Shown here: positions 37,740-49,095 of the stretch, one piece after another
How positions within the stretch are numbered: the first letter of the stretch is position 1
Layout: every line of letters starts with the position of its first letter
Assembly (NCBI GenBank): GCA_965112735.1
Contig: OZ218950.1
Coordinates: 2,852,001 to 2,916,000, forward strand
Source: Phaeosaccion multiseriatum
Lineage: Eukaryota; Protista; Ochrophyta, other classes
DNA length: 64,000 nt
Reading direction: 5' to 3'
The notes under the pieces: generated by a model
The model's input: the letters and a program-made list of their open reading frames with translations, nothing else
Told to the model about the DNA's origin: nothing
Databases searched by the model: none
Position numbers and translations under genes: made by a program

Positions 37740-38410
37740 CGGTCGCGACTGCAGCAAAGGCCATTGGGTGATCTGCGGAGCGTGGAGGATGCGAAGGGGA
37801 CGCCGCTGTCGAAGCGAGCACGGCATGATTTAGCGCAGAGGGTCAGGCTCGCCACCCCGGCTGCCATCACCTCCGTCAGCCAGCAGCCAGTCAATGGCCC
37901 AAGCAGTGGGAGTTGCTACATTCGTGGCATCAGGAGGCTGGATTCAAGGCTTCAAGCGCCACCACCCAAGTGTAGTGACGCGGTGGGCCCAGCCCCTTGA
38001 GCTCATGAGGGGGCGGGGCTGCAACGACGAGCCAAGAAGGCAGGCACACATTGCCACTGCGAACGCATCACCTGGCTCTGACCTGGAACAGTCCTTGCCC
38101 GCCACAGCAGAGGTCCATTCCACGGAGAGCGGATACATCACCGACGAGCTGCCTGGACAAATGCCGTTGTGCCGTTCCCCATCAAGCAGAAGCGAGCCCG
38201 CCTGCAAGAGCTGGCGGGGCGGGATATCCCGATTTTGCTCCTGGTGGATGGCTATGGTTCGCACACGATGACCCCGGATGCTCTTGACGCTCTGCGCCAA
38301 GCCGGTATCATCTGCTTATGCTCGCCCGCGCACACATCACACATCGGGGGAATTCCAGCCTCTGGCTGCACGTCAAAGGCTTTCGCCCTTTCAAGGCCAC
38401 TCTGGTGAGG
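37740..38410 (+). pseudogene. Decayed pogo/Tigger-like (Tc1-mariner superfamily, CENP-B HTH + DDE_1) transposase
   Basis: FVASGGWIQGFKRHH (CENP-B-type HTH), TESGYITDEL, ILLLVDGYGSH, IICLCSPAHTSH and FQPL, spread over different frames with deletions. Confidence 0.8.
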
Positions 38411-38656
38411 GCCGGTCTCTCCCGCTGGCAGCGACTCTGGGCTTTCATCAACGCCTACGCCAGCACGTCTCAGCCAAGTGCGTAAGAACACCCCCGACAA
38501 GTCCCGCCCCGACAAGTCGGCCAAGGAACAAGAGCTTCTCGCAGGCCGCAGCGACATTCCCATCCGCCAGGCAGGGGGGCAAGGGGGGGGGAGAGTGCTG
38601 GTGAGCGAGAGGCCCTGTTCGCTGGCGCTGCAGACGTGGCTGGAGAGGACACGGAG

Positions 38657-38758
38657 GGAGATGTGACGGGGGTGGGGAGCGGACGAAGGGCCGAGAGCGT
38701 AATTGATGGAGATGTGACGGGGGTGGGGAGCGGACGAAGGGCCGAGAGCGTCATTGAT
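38657..38758. repeat. 51-bp tandem direct repeat x2
   Basis: GGAGATGTGACGGGGGTGGGGAGCGGACGAAGGGCCGAGAGCGT(A/C)ATTGAT at 38657 and 38708. Confidence 0.92.
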
Positions 38759-39264
38759 GAGTCATTGACGTCACGAGCAAAGAGGGAGGTGAAGACAGTC
38801 GGTCGGCGTTAGAGGCGATGCAGGAGGAGGACGAGGGAACAGGCGTATCGGTGGACGAAGGAGAGACCAAACAATCGGACGAAGGACACGAGAGGGCAAG
38901 AGAAGGACGACGACGTGGCACTAGTCTCGGCCGGGCACCGAGTCTGATCATCCGAGTCTCGAGCGGGCAGAAAAGTCGAAGAAAGAAGAAAGAAAGGGGG
39001 TTTGGTCCGCCCCGTACGTAACCTTATCAAATTCGGTCTTCCTTATTTTGCTCGGTAAAACAGCAAGGCACAAGAGAAAGAGAAAGAGGAAGAAGCAAGA
39101 GCGGCACCAAGAGCACTAATACATCTCAGGGGGGTTGGGGGGGGGGGGGGTAGGAGGTGTTGTCCTTTAAAGGTGTGTCCGTTGGGGCAGGGATTACTCT
39201 TAACGATCGCCAGAGTTGATTGAGGCCGGTAAAGAGAAAATGGAGCAAAAACAGGCTCCAACCA

Positions 39265-40789
39265 ATGGTTGACAGAAATGCGGAAGGGAGGGTGTTGCTC
39301 AAGGAGGGGTGAAGAAACGTGAAGGGCCTAAGCCTCTACTCCTCAACGGGCAGGAAGGAGGAGGTCTATTTCCTGGTAGCTCAACATGGGTTGTTCCTCG
39401 TCCTCACCCCTGACGCCCGAGTGTCCGCACGACCTGAAGGTAACAGCCGGTTGCTTGCCCCCCCACTCCCCCACTCTTCTACGCCTACTCTATTCCTACT
39501 GCTGCATAACTGCTACAGCGCACCTGACTCCCCTCCTTGCCCTTCACTCGCCAACATCCATAACCAGCAACAGCAGCAACAACAACAGCAGCAGCACCAG
39601 CAGCAGCGGCGGCAGCAGCAGCGGCCGCAGCAGAACATCGAGCATCCCCGCCACCCTCTCGCCGTGAAGCAGGCACCGTGTCTAGGAGCTGTCCCACTCC
39701 CCCTCCCTTATACGGATGAGTTGGATTCCACTTTGAGCACCAACGACACGGGGGTCGCTGCGGCCCCAGCTGAGGAATCCAGAGAAAGATTCAGCTATGA
39801 GGACGGATCCTCTCGTCGAGAGAGCACAGGCAGCGCGAGCACGGCCTCGGACGCCCTCTCATCAGGGGGATTCCAGAGTATGCCCTACCTGCATTTCCGC
39901 GCCCAGCAGTACGCACAGCAGCAGCAGCAGCAGCAGCGGCAGCAGCAGTCGCGGGAGGAGGATCAGCAGCAACAGCAGCACCAGGAGGAGCAGCAGCAGC
40001 AGCAGGAGCAGCAGGAGCAGCAGGAGCAGCAGCAGCAGCAGCAGGAGGAGGATCGAGTACCGAGGAGGCGGGCGAGCCACAGTCGGAGTAGCAGCGGCGG
40101 CAGTGCTTCTTCAAGCAGCCGCCATAGTCGGAGAACACCCCACTTGGAAGGAGGAGGAGAGGAGGGTCAGCAACAGCAGCTGCAACAGCAGCATCAGAAG
40201 CAAGACTGGTCACCAGAGCAAGTGCCGAGGAGGCGTGGGAGCCATAGTCGGAGTAACAGTAGCGGCAGTGCTGCTTCAAGCAGCCGCCACCGTCGGGGAA
40301 CCCTGCTAGGCGACAGCAGGCGCTTGGACGACAGCAACATAATGGGCAGGCGTTATCTCTCGGAGTCCGGCTTTGATTACAGTGGGTCCGGCGGGTGGTA
40401 TGGCGGCTGGGTGGAGGAGGGGGAACAAGGAGAAAGAGGAGGAGTGGGCCAGCAGCATTTCGATGATCGGTACACTTTCCATTTCCAACCTCCTTTGCCA
40501 GCCTCGTTTGAGCACAGAGGGAGCATGTCCAACCACCATGGAGAAAGGTTTTGCGGTAGCATGGTGGATGGAGGATATGACAGGGTCCGGGCGACGACGG
40601 AGCCAAGGCTCTCTGCTTCTGACCATCACCAGCCTTCTGCGCGAATGAGCTATGCGACAGATATTGCCCCACGACTGAGCTACACCACTCTGTCTGTGGA
40701 CGACGAGTCGGCCTTCACGCGCAGCTCAGCGGCGGAAACCGTTCCCGTGTCTCCCATGCACAACCACCTGCAGCGGAGGCAGCAGCAAT

Positions 40790-40832
<43 letters not shown>

Positions 40833-43800
40833 CCATTATCACCACCAGCGGGTAGATGATCACCACCCCCTCAGCGGCTCTGCGGCGACAACCCGTGCCC
40901 ACCGCGGCGGCGAAGATGGTGTGGATGTTGGTCCTTGTTCCTCTGCTGTTGATGCCCCGTCTCCTTCCTCCCCTCATGCTGCTGCTTCTGTGGCTAGCAG
41001 GAGGTTTCCAGGAGGGCCGAATGACAACAACAGCATCGGCTTTAGCAGCGCGTGTAGCGGGAGCAGCGGTGGCGATGGTGCCACCATTCGACATGGCGGC
41101 AGCAGCACCGGCGAGGGAAGCACCGGCGAGGGAAGCACCGGCGAGATCGAAGCGGGCGGGGGGTATGCCATGAGTGCGCAGCAGGAAGCGCAGCCAAGTA
41201 ATGAGGAGGAGGGCGAGGGGGCGGGGAGGCAAGAGCACGATCTGCCATTCCCCCCGCAGCAGTCTTCTGCTGTTCCGACGCCTCCCCCCAGCTCGCGACA
41301 CCCGTCCTTGATGATTCACATCAACCACAGCATGACCGACGGCTCCATGTCTTCCCCGGGGGGGGGCACACTCGAGTACCTTCTGGACAGCGCGGGGAGC
41401 CTCGTGGGGGCTCACGGGGCTGGAGGAGGACGAAAAGGAGGAGGAGGAGGAGGAGGAGGAGGAGGAGGAGAAGGGGAGAGTATGGATGGCCTCTTCCCCC
41501 CTTCTCTCCCGCAGTTGCAGCAGCGGCAGCGGGCTTCTTCGACGGTTGTCCTCAGCAGCTGCGAAAGTGGCAGTGGTGGGCGCGGCCGTGATTTTGAGGG
41601 CCCCGTTGTGGTACGCACATCAAGCGTGCCTCCAAGAATGTCTGCCTCTGCCGTGCTGTTGAAGGGAGGAGGAGGAGGAGGAGGAGGGAGAGGAAGAGGA
41701 GGAGGGAGAGGAGGAGGAGGAGGAGGAGTAAGGGGGGGGCAGCCTCCTTCCAGCAATCTTGTGAAGCAAGACCAGAATCTCGTAGCGAGCATTAGTGACC
41801 GACTCATTCAGGGCGAGAACCTGGGCAAGGGAACCACGAGTCTTGTGTACAAGGCACTGGACATCCTCACGCTCACGCCTGTGGCGGTGAAGGTGATGCA
41901 CGTGGGGAAGGACTTGCAACAGAGGAAGCAGGTCAGTCCAGTCAGTCAATCACCGACCTATCTGCTTACCCCTCCATCAGCCTGTTCTTTCTTGTGCGTG
42001 CTGATATCGATCCACGGCTTCATCTCACTCATCGACCGCTCGTGCTGCTGAACTGAAACTGAAACTGACCCCATGATAACCAGGTCTACCAGGAGATGTC
42101 TGCTTTCTCCACGCAAAAGATGCCCTTGCTGGACCCAGGCTTCGCCCCCGAGTGCGGCCAGATGAGGTGCCCCTACATTCCGAGGTCAGTCCGTTTCGTT
42201 CGTTCGGTCGGTCCGTCCGTCAGTCAGAGAGAGCCCAAGGGGAACTGAGGGTTGGAGGTGATTTCATGCAAGACTCCATAGTCGATAGTCGCTCGGACTG
42301 GACGTGGGGGGTGGGGGTGGGGGCACTGACACTGTCCTAGATGGACATGTCGACCATGGAGTAGGTGTTGGTCATGGCACACGCTCCCTCCGCCCCTGGG
42401 GCCTTATGGGTACTCTCGACACCCTCGCCTTACCTTACCTGCGGACACATCCGTGTGCACACCTTCCCTCGTCCCTTCGCCCCTCCCCCCCCCTCTCTCT
42501 TTCTCTCTCTCGCTTTCCTCTTGACTGCTGATGTACCGCACTTTCGCCCCTTTCTTCGCCCGTCTCGTCCGTCCCTCTCTCTCTCTCTCTCTCGCTGCTC
42601 TCTCAGCTACTTCGGGAGCACCTCCCACAAGGAGGCGAGTACCATCACTATCGTCACTGAGTATGAGGACCTTGGCAGCCTGGCGGACTGGTGCGGAGCG
42701 GGCATGCCCACCCCAGAGCCCTTCCTGGCCCATGTCGCTTTCTCGTAAGTGTGTGTGTGTGTGTGTGCGTGCACGTGTATGTGTACGTGTGTGCGTTCGC
42801 GTGAGTGTTGTGTGTGTATGTGCGCGTGCTGCACATTCTTGCTTGTCGACTGGCCTTGGGTCCCACTAACTCACTCGCATGTTGTCCCCTCCGGACCTGA
42901 CCTGATACTCCGTCTGCCGGCGCACGAATATGAATGACTGACGGCCTCCCTCATCCCCCCCCTCCGTCTCTCCTCCCTCCCTTCCCCCCTCCCCTTCCCT
43001 CCCTCCGTCCTCCCTGTCTCCTCCCACCCTCCCTCCCTCCCACGCTCCCACCCCTCCTCCCTCACAGATGCCTGCAAGCCATGATGTTCATCCACGAGCG
43101 GGGCAAGATTCACAGAGACATAAAACCTGCCAACATTCTGCTTGAAAGTGTGCCAGGGGCAGGCTTCCTCTCCTCCAGTCCCGCCCCTCTGCACGGCTCG
43201 GCCTCCGGGGGTGGCATCACCCGAAGACACCATTACCCCGATCCCCCCCCGCGGAGAGGAGAAGGAGGAGACGCATTGCGGCAATCTTCGTCAAAGTTGG
43301 GGTCGCTACGCCGGTCGGACGAAGGCCAAGGGTCGGTTGGATCCGTCTCTCTCCCCGGACCGGACTCATTCGTGGGTACCGGCACCAGTATGGGTACCGG
43401 CACCAGTGTACTGAGCCGCTCGCTGTCGGGTCACTCGCTGCTCTCGGTGGACCACCCTCCTCCTCCCCACCCTCGCCACATGTTCTCTTCAGCCACTACA
43501 GCGACGAGTACTTCCCAGCACCGCGAGCAGCAGTATCAGCTGGAGCAACAAGGGAAGGCGCTGCTGGAAGCACCGTCGCCCCGAGAGCAGCAGCAGGAGC
43601 AGCAGCAGCAGCAGCCCACCTTGCCGAGTCCCACTTCTGGGTTGCCCTCATCTTCTTCCGGAGGGCGGCTGTCACGTAAGTGGCGATCGTGCCTCACGGG
43701 CACGGGCAAGGAAGATTCGCCTCTCTCCATATCCCCGCGTGGTGTCCATCGGACTGGCTCCTCCGCCTCGTCATGTCGCCCCCACCGGTCGTCGCCAAAT

Positions 43801-45789
43801 GTCAATACGAGGGAGGCTCAGGGTTGGGAGGCCCCCGACTCTCCTCCAGGCTTGGACAGACTGGGGCGGTCAAGCGAGATTCAGCAGCAGGGGCAAGGAG
43901 GACAAGGAGGGGGGGCAAGTCAAGTAGGAGGCGATCTGGAGTTTGTGGGCGACGACGATGGCACGTCAAGTGCAGGACTGAGTCAAGCCTCAGTGGTCTC
44001 GTCTTGGAAGAGGCGGCAATTGTGGCAGCAGCAGGTGGGGGGCAGTAGGAGGAGAAGCGACAGCAACAGCAGCAGTAGCTTCAACAGGAGCATCAACAGT
44101 CTTCGTAGCTTCGACAGGAGCAACAACAGTCTTCGTAGTGGGGATCAAGGTGGTGGGGGTGCGTGTGACGTTCATGCTGCGACTGCTGCTGCTGGTGCTT
44201 CTGCTGCTACATCTGGTGTGCACAGTGCGGCATCGGTTGGTGTCAAGCTCTCTGACTTTGGCCTGGCAGTCATGACGAGAATGACTGATCAAGGAACGTC
44301 GACAACAACAGCAACAACAACGACGACGAGTGGTCGGGCTCCCGCCGCCACTGCCACCACCAAAGTCCCAGGGGGGACAGGGGGACGAGTGGCTGGATTC
44401 GGCCTCGACGCGCTGGACCCGTGGAAGGCTCGGAGGAGCGGGGGCGGGGGGGGGGATCCCGGAATAGGCTCCATCGGAGGTACTATGCGCTTCATGAGCC
44501 CCGAAAGGCTGAGTGTGGAGCCGTACGGCTTCAACGCGGATGTGTGGTCGCTGGCGCTGACGCTCGCCACGGCGCTGAATGGAGGGGACTGTCCGATCCC
44601 ACTCATGGCCAACGAGTTTGACCAGCTTGTGTGTGTCGAGCGGGTAGGGGCCCTGGTGTGTGGCTGCAGCAAGTGCAGCACCAAGCCGAGGCGGAAATCC
44701 GCTTGTTCCTGGCCCTCTTTGCCTATGCAGCAGGACGAGCAACAGGAGCAACAGCAGATCCTCGACTGGAGCAGCACAAGTAGCAGCAACGGCAACAACA
44801 CCAACAACGGGGGCGGCTCCTCCTCCGTTGCTCCTTCGCCATTGGCGCTTTTACTACCGCAGATGGTGGACGATTCCCCCATGTCTGCCCCATTACCCTC
44901 AACCCCGCCGCCAGAGGCTCCCTCACCGCTGGCACTTTCAGTACCTGTGGTGGGCGAGCCTTCCTACCCCATCGCCCGCCCAACAGTATCACTGGCCAAG
45001 GCGGCATCGATGGCGGCAGGAGTGGCGGCGGCCACGACGGCAGCAGCAGCGGTTGGTGGTACAGTAGATGCGTCCCCTGTCGCTGTCGCTGTTGTGACCT
45101 CCACGACCAATACCGCTACCACTACCACTGCCGCTAACGTAGAGCAGCGGGTGGCCACAGACTGCAAGATTCCGATCGGCAGGAGTGCTTCCTCCAAGTA
45201 CATTGAGTCATTGGATTCCGCCGCAGCGCTGTATGGCTCCTCCTCGTCCTTGGAGAGAGGCATGGCAAGACCTGCCGTGTACGACAAAATGGGGCCTCAA
45301 CTCAGAGACTTCTTGTGCCAATGCTTGGAGGTGAGTGAGGGAGGGACGGAGGAAGGAAGGAAGGAAGGAAGGGAAAGAGGGCTTAAGTCGGTTGGTTTCA
45401 GTCGGTTGTGACACATGCAATATTATGCCTCCTTTCTTTTATATTTCTAGGCCTGTCTATATGTATCTATCGATCGACAGATTGTAAGTCGATTGCTCAT
45501 TCATTCCTCTGAATGCTCAACGTTACGCGCACACTGTACAGGGCAACCCCAAGCTACGGCCCGAGGCCGTGGAGTTGCTCAAACACCCCTTCTTGGAGCT
45601 CAGGAAGGAGTGGGAGGTGAGTGAATACTGCAGCTGCTACTTGCTGCACTACTACTGCTACTGCACTGCTACTGCACTGCTGCTGCTTCTCCTCTACTTG
45701 GTGTACTGGACGTAAGCTTTCGCTCGTGTCTAGATCCCGCCCGACTTTCTCTTTTTATTGTGGACTCATAGCATACTCTTGGCTCTCTG

Positions 45790-45820
<31 letters not shown>

Positions 45821-46478
45821 CTGTCTCTATCTGTCTGTGTGTGTCTCTCTCTCTCTCCTCCTGTTGGTCTGGTCTCGTCTGGTACCGTGCCTGCCACTTT
45901 CCCCTCGTCAGTCCAACTGCCCGGAAGTGCTGGCCGCCGTGGATAGACGCCGCAAGGCCAAGGCACAAGCCTCCGGTGCCGCCGTCGCCGCCGCCGACCT
46001 TGTGGACAGAGTCGTGCACAGCAGATTCCAAAAGGGTAAGAAAGAGGCATGTTGTTCTTTTGTGCATTGTGCCTTATCCCTCCCCCAATGGATCGATGAC
46101 CCGAACCCCAGCACCGTGGCACTTTATACTATTCCTGCTCCCTCTTTTCCCTCTCCTCTCTCTCTCCCTCACCCTCCTCTCTCTCCCTCTCTCTCTTCCT
46201 GTGTGTGTGTGTGTTATTTCCCTTTCTATCGCATCGCCAAAGGCCTGTACCTGAACTGGGACCAAGACAGTGCCATCACGGGCACTCAACTTGCCTACGA
46301 CCTCGCCATACCCGAGGATGAGCTTAAGGCACTCTTCAACGAGGCATGCGCGGTGAGTGAGGCACAGGGAGAGAGGGAGAAGGGGGGTTGGGCTTTCTTT
46401 CTTGCGCTGTGCTTGTGCTAACCCTTTTGCTTGCTTGTTTTGCTCTTTTCTCAGAGGCGCAGCAAGGAGGTGAGGTGA
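39265..46478 (+). CDS. STE7/MAP2K-like Ser/Thr protein kinase with long Q/S-rich N-terminus and large kinase-domain inserts; start and stop uncertain
   Basis: LGKGTTSLVYK, VAVK, IVTEYEDLGSL, IHRDIKPANILL, VKLSDFGLA, GTMRFMSPER (MAP2K-type), ADVWSL, LRDFLCQCL..PKLRPEAVELLKHPFL. Confidence 0.82.
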
Positions 46479-47178
46479 GCGAGCGGCAGTCTTGGCAGCC
46501 TTCCCGACATTGGAGAGACTTTATCCTTGTCGAGTAGGGGCGGAGGAACAGACGAGGGAGACTCTTCAGGCGGAGGACCCAACCTGACGATTGGCCATCG
46601 TCGGTCTTCTTCGTCGGAGCCAACACAGCGACTCTACTCGTCTCCTCCTCCCCCAGAGCCCTTGGGCATGGGGGTGAGGGGGTCAGAGTCTCATCCTCCT
46701 ACTCAGGGCTTAGGGTTGCTGCAGTAGAGGGAAGCTGAGTGAGCCCTTTGACGAGGGAGGGGGCGATTATGGATATAGTTCCGTTCACCCTCTTTCAATG
46801 GTCAGTCAGTCTGGCAGTCAGGCAGTTTCGTCAGTTTGAAACTGACAGACTGACTGACAGTGTACATATTATCGATATGGACAGTGGTGGCTCTGCCAAA
46901 CTCGTCCTTCTATTCTTCTTTCCAAAGAAGGAAAAGGAAGCACAAACCCTTATGGAGTACTTTGCGTTCACTCTTTTGGGGGATTGGATCAGAATCTCTA
47001 TGACACAAAAAACTCTATTTCTCTTTTCTTCTTTTTTATTACTTGTATTGTATACGTTTTTCGCTCTATACAGTGCGACAAAATTTCACGTCATTTTACT
47101 TCCTTTGTGTACACGTCCACCCGCCCCCGACCCGACCCGAGAAGGAGTTGACTACAGTCAGAAAGAAAGAGGGATGAC

Positions 47179-47458
47179 TCAAATGGCATTTCCGGCTGAA
47201 TCGAACCCCTCGTCGAGCATGGCGTCCAACGAGCCCGTGCTGCTCGAGCCGGAGGGGGCCCGCTGCTCCCGCTCCGACGGCGGCTCGGCAGCCTGCAGGG
47301 GCCCTTGCGACACTTTCTGGTCCAAGGAGGAGGCCAATGGCGGAGGACTATTGCTGCCGTCACCGCTCACGCCACTGCTGTCCATTCCAATCCCTGTCCC
47401 CGTTCCGATGTCGCCGCTGTTGCTGCGTGTGTTGCTCTTGCTGTTACTGGTGTTGATG

Positions 47459-47508
<50 letters not shown>

Positions 47509-48259
47509 CGTGGTTGTGGTGGTGGCGGTCGTGGTGGAGGGGTCATGTTTAGAGCTTGATAATGATGATGATGCGTCGGCAGCAGCAGCCGCAGTAGGCG
47601 TAGGAGGAGGAGGAGGAGGAGGAGGAGGGTAACTTTGCACGGGCTGCTCGCCGAAGCCTCCACCGTCATTCGCTGCCACCCGAGCACCACCACTACCACC
47701 ACCACCGCCAACACCGTAACCACCACCACCGCTGACGGCAGATGGTGGTGCAGCCGTGTACGAGGACTGAGGAGTAACCGCAGGCCTACTACCGCCGCCT
47801 CCAAGATGGGCCTCTCGCGGGTGAGGGGGAAGGCTGCTAACGCCACCAAAGCCCGAGGCTGCTGAGCTCGCTCCTTGTGTCTTCACTCCTCTCGTCAGAG
47901 GCCTTACCCAAGCAAAAGAACACAAGTCGCAATCGTAGGCACATGCCCATCAGGCACACAACAGGCACAGGTACAGTACATGAGGTCGAGTTGAGTGGAG
48001 AGCAGTGCATCAGAGCAGCAAGGAGGCACACGCAGCACAAAGCAAGTCGCTCGCTCGAGTAAAGCGAACGAGTGCTTGGCGCCTTACCCTGAGGCCCGAC
48101 ATGGGCTCATCATCAACACGCCACCTTTTTCCATACACACTCACACTTGGCTTTCAAGAGAAGAAAACGTCACGGCTTGATCCAGCGGCGCAATATCTGG
48201 GCTGACTGGTGGGAACACTGGTGCGTAGACTCGGGGTTGGTATTGCTGGTGCTGCTGCC

Positions 48260-48290
<31 letters not shown>

Positions 48291-48799
48291 TTGTTGTTGT
48301 TGCTGTTGTTGTTGTTGTTGTTCCAAACCCTCTGACATGGAGCCGCTGCTGTTGCTACCGCTGTGTGTAATTCTCCGAAAGTTATCCTCCACCCCTCTAG
48401 CGGCAACGGGGTAGTAAGAGCCCCCTCCTGCTCCTCCTGCTACACCTGCCGGTGCTGAGAATCGGCTGGACGCTTGCACAGACGTCTGCATATTCGCATT
48501 CCAAAGAGACAAGGCAAGACAAAACGAAGCCATAGAAGCGGGTGTGAGGCGACAAGGGAGGGGGGGGGGACTGGGTGAGACGGGGGAAGGGGGGCAGGCC
48601 AGATACACGCGTTGTGGAGGGGTCAGCCTTCCGTTTCTCTCACGACGGAAACCTTCGTCAGGCGATACACTCATATCACTTGCTTTTACCGCCCTCTCTT
48701 CTCTCTACCTATTATGGGGTAGAGCGGGATACGACAAAGGCAAGAGTCACGGCAGATAGCAGCGATTCATCGACGACACAGCACACGGCAGTCTACAAA

Positions 48800-48845
<46 letters not shown>

Positions 48846-49049
48846 CCTTCCTCCCACTTACGCTGCTGGTGTTGGTACTAACGCCGTGGGACAGCGTACA
48901 CTTGTGATCGCGATCCTCCTTCTCATGCCGCTGTTGGTGCTTCTTGACCTTCTCCAGCTGGTGGTGGTGGAACAGCATGCCCTTCTTGGGGCCATGTCTG
49001 TGGGTGTGTCTGCACTTGGCTGCGGTCGTGTGTGTGTGAAAGAGAAAGA

Positions 49050-49095
<46 letters not shown>

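Noticed and set aside
46739-47632. 297-aa + strand ORF with hydrophobic runs
   Set aside because: Spans a 3' UTR and the antisense of the Q-rich gene; poly-Leu derives from CTG repeats
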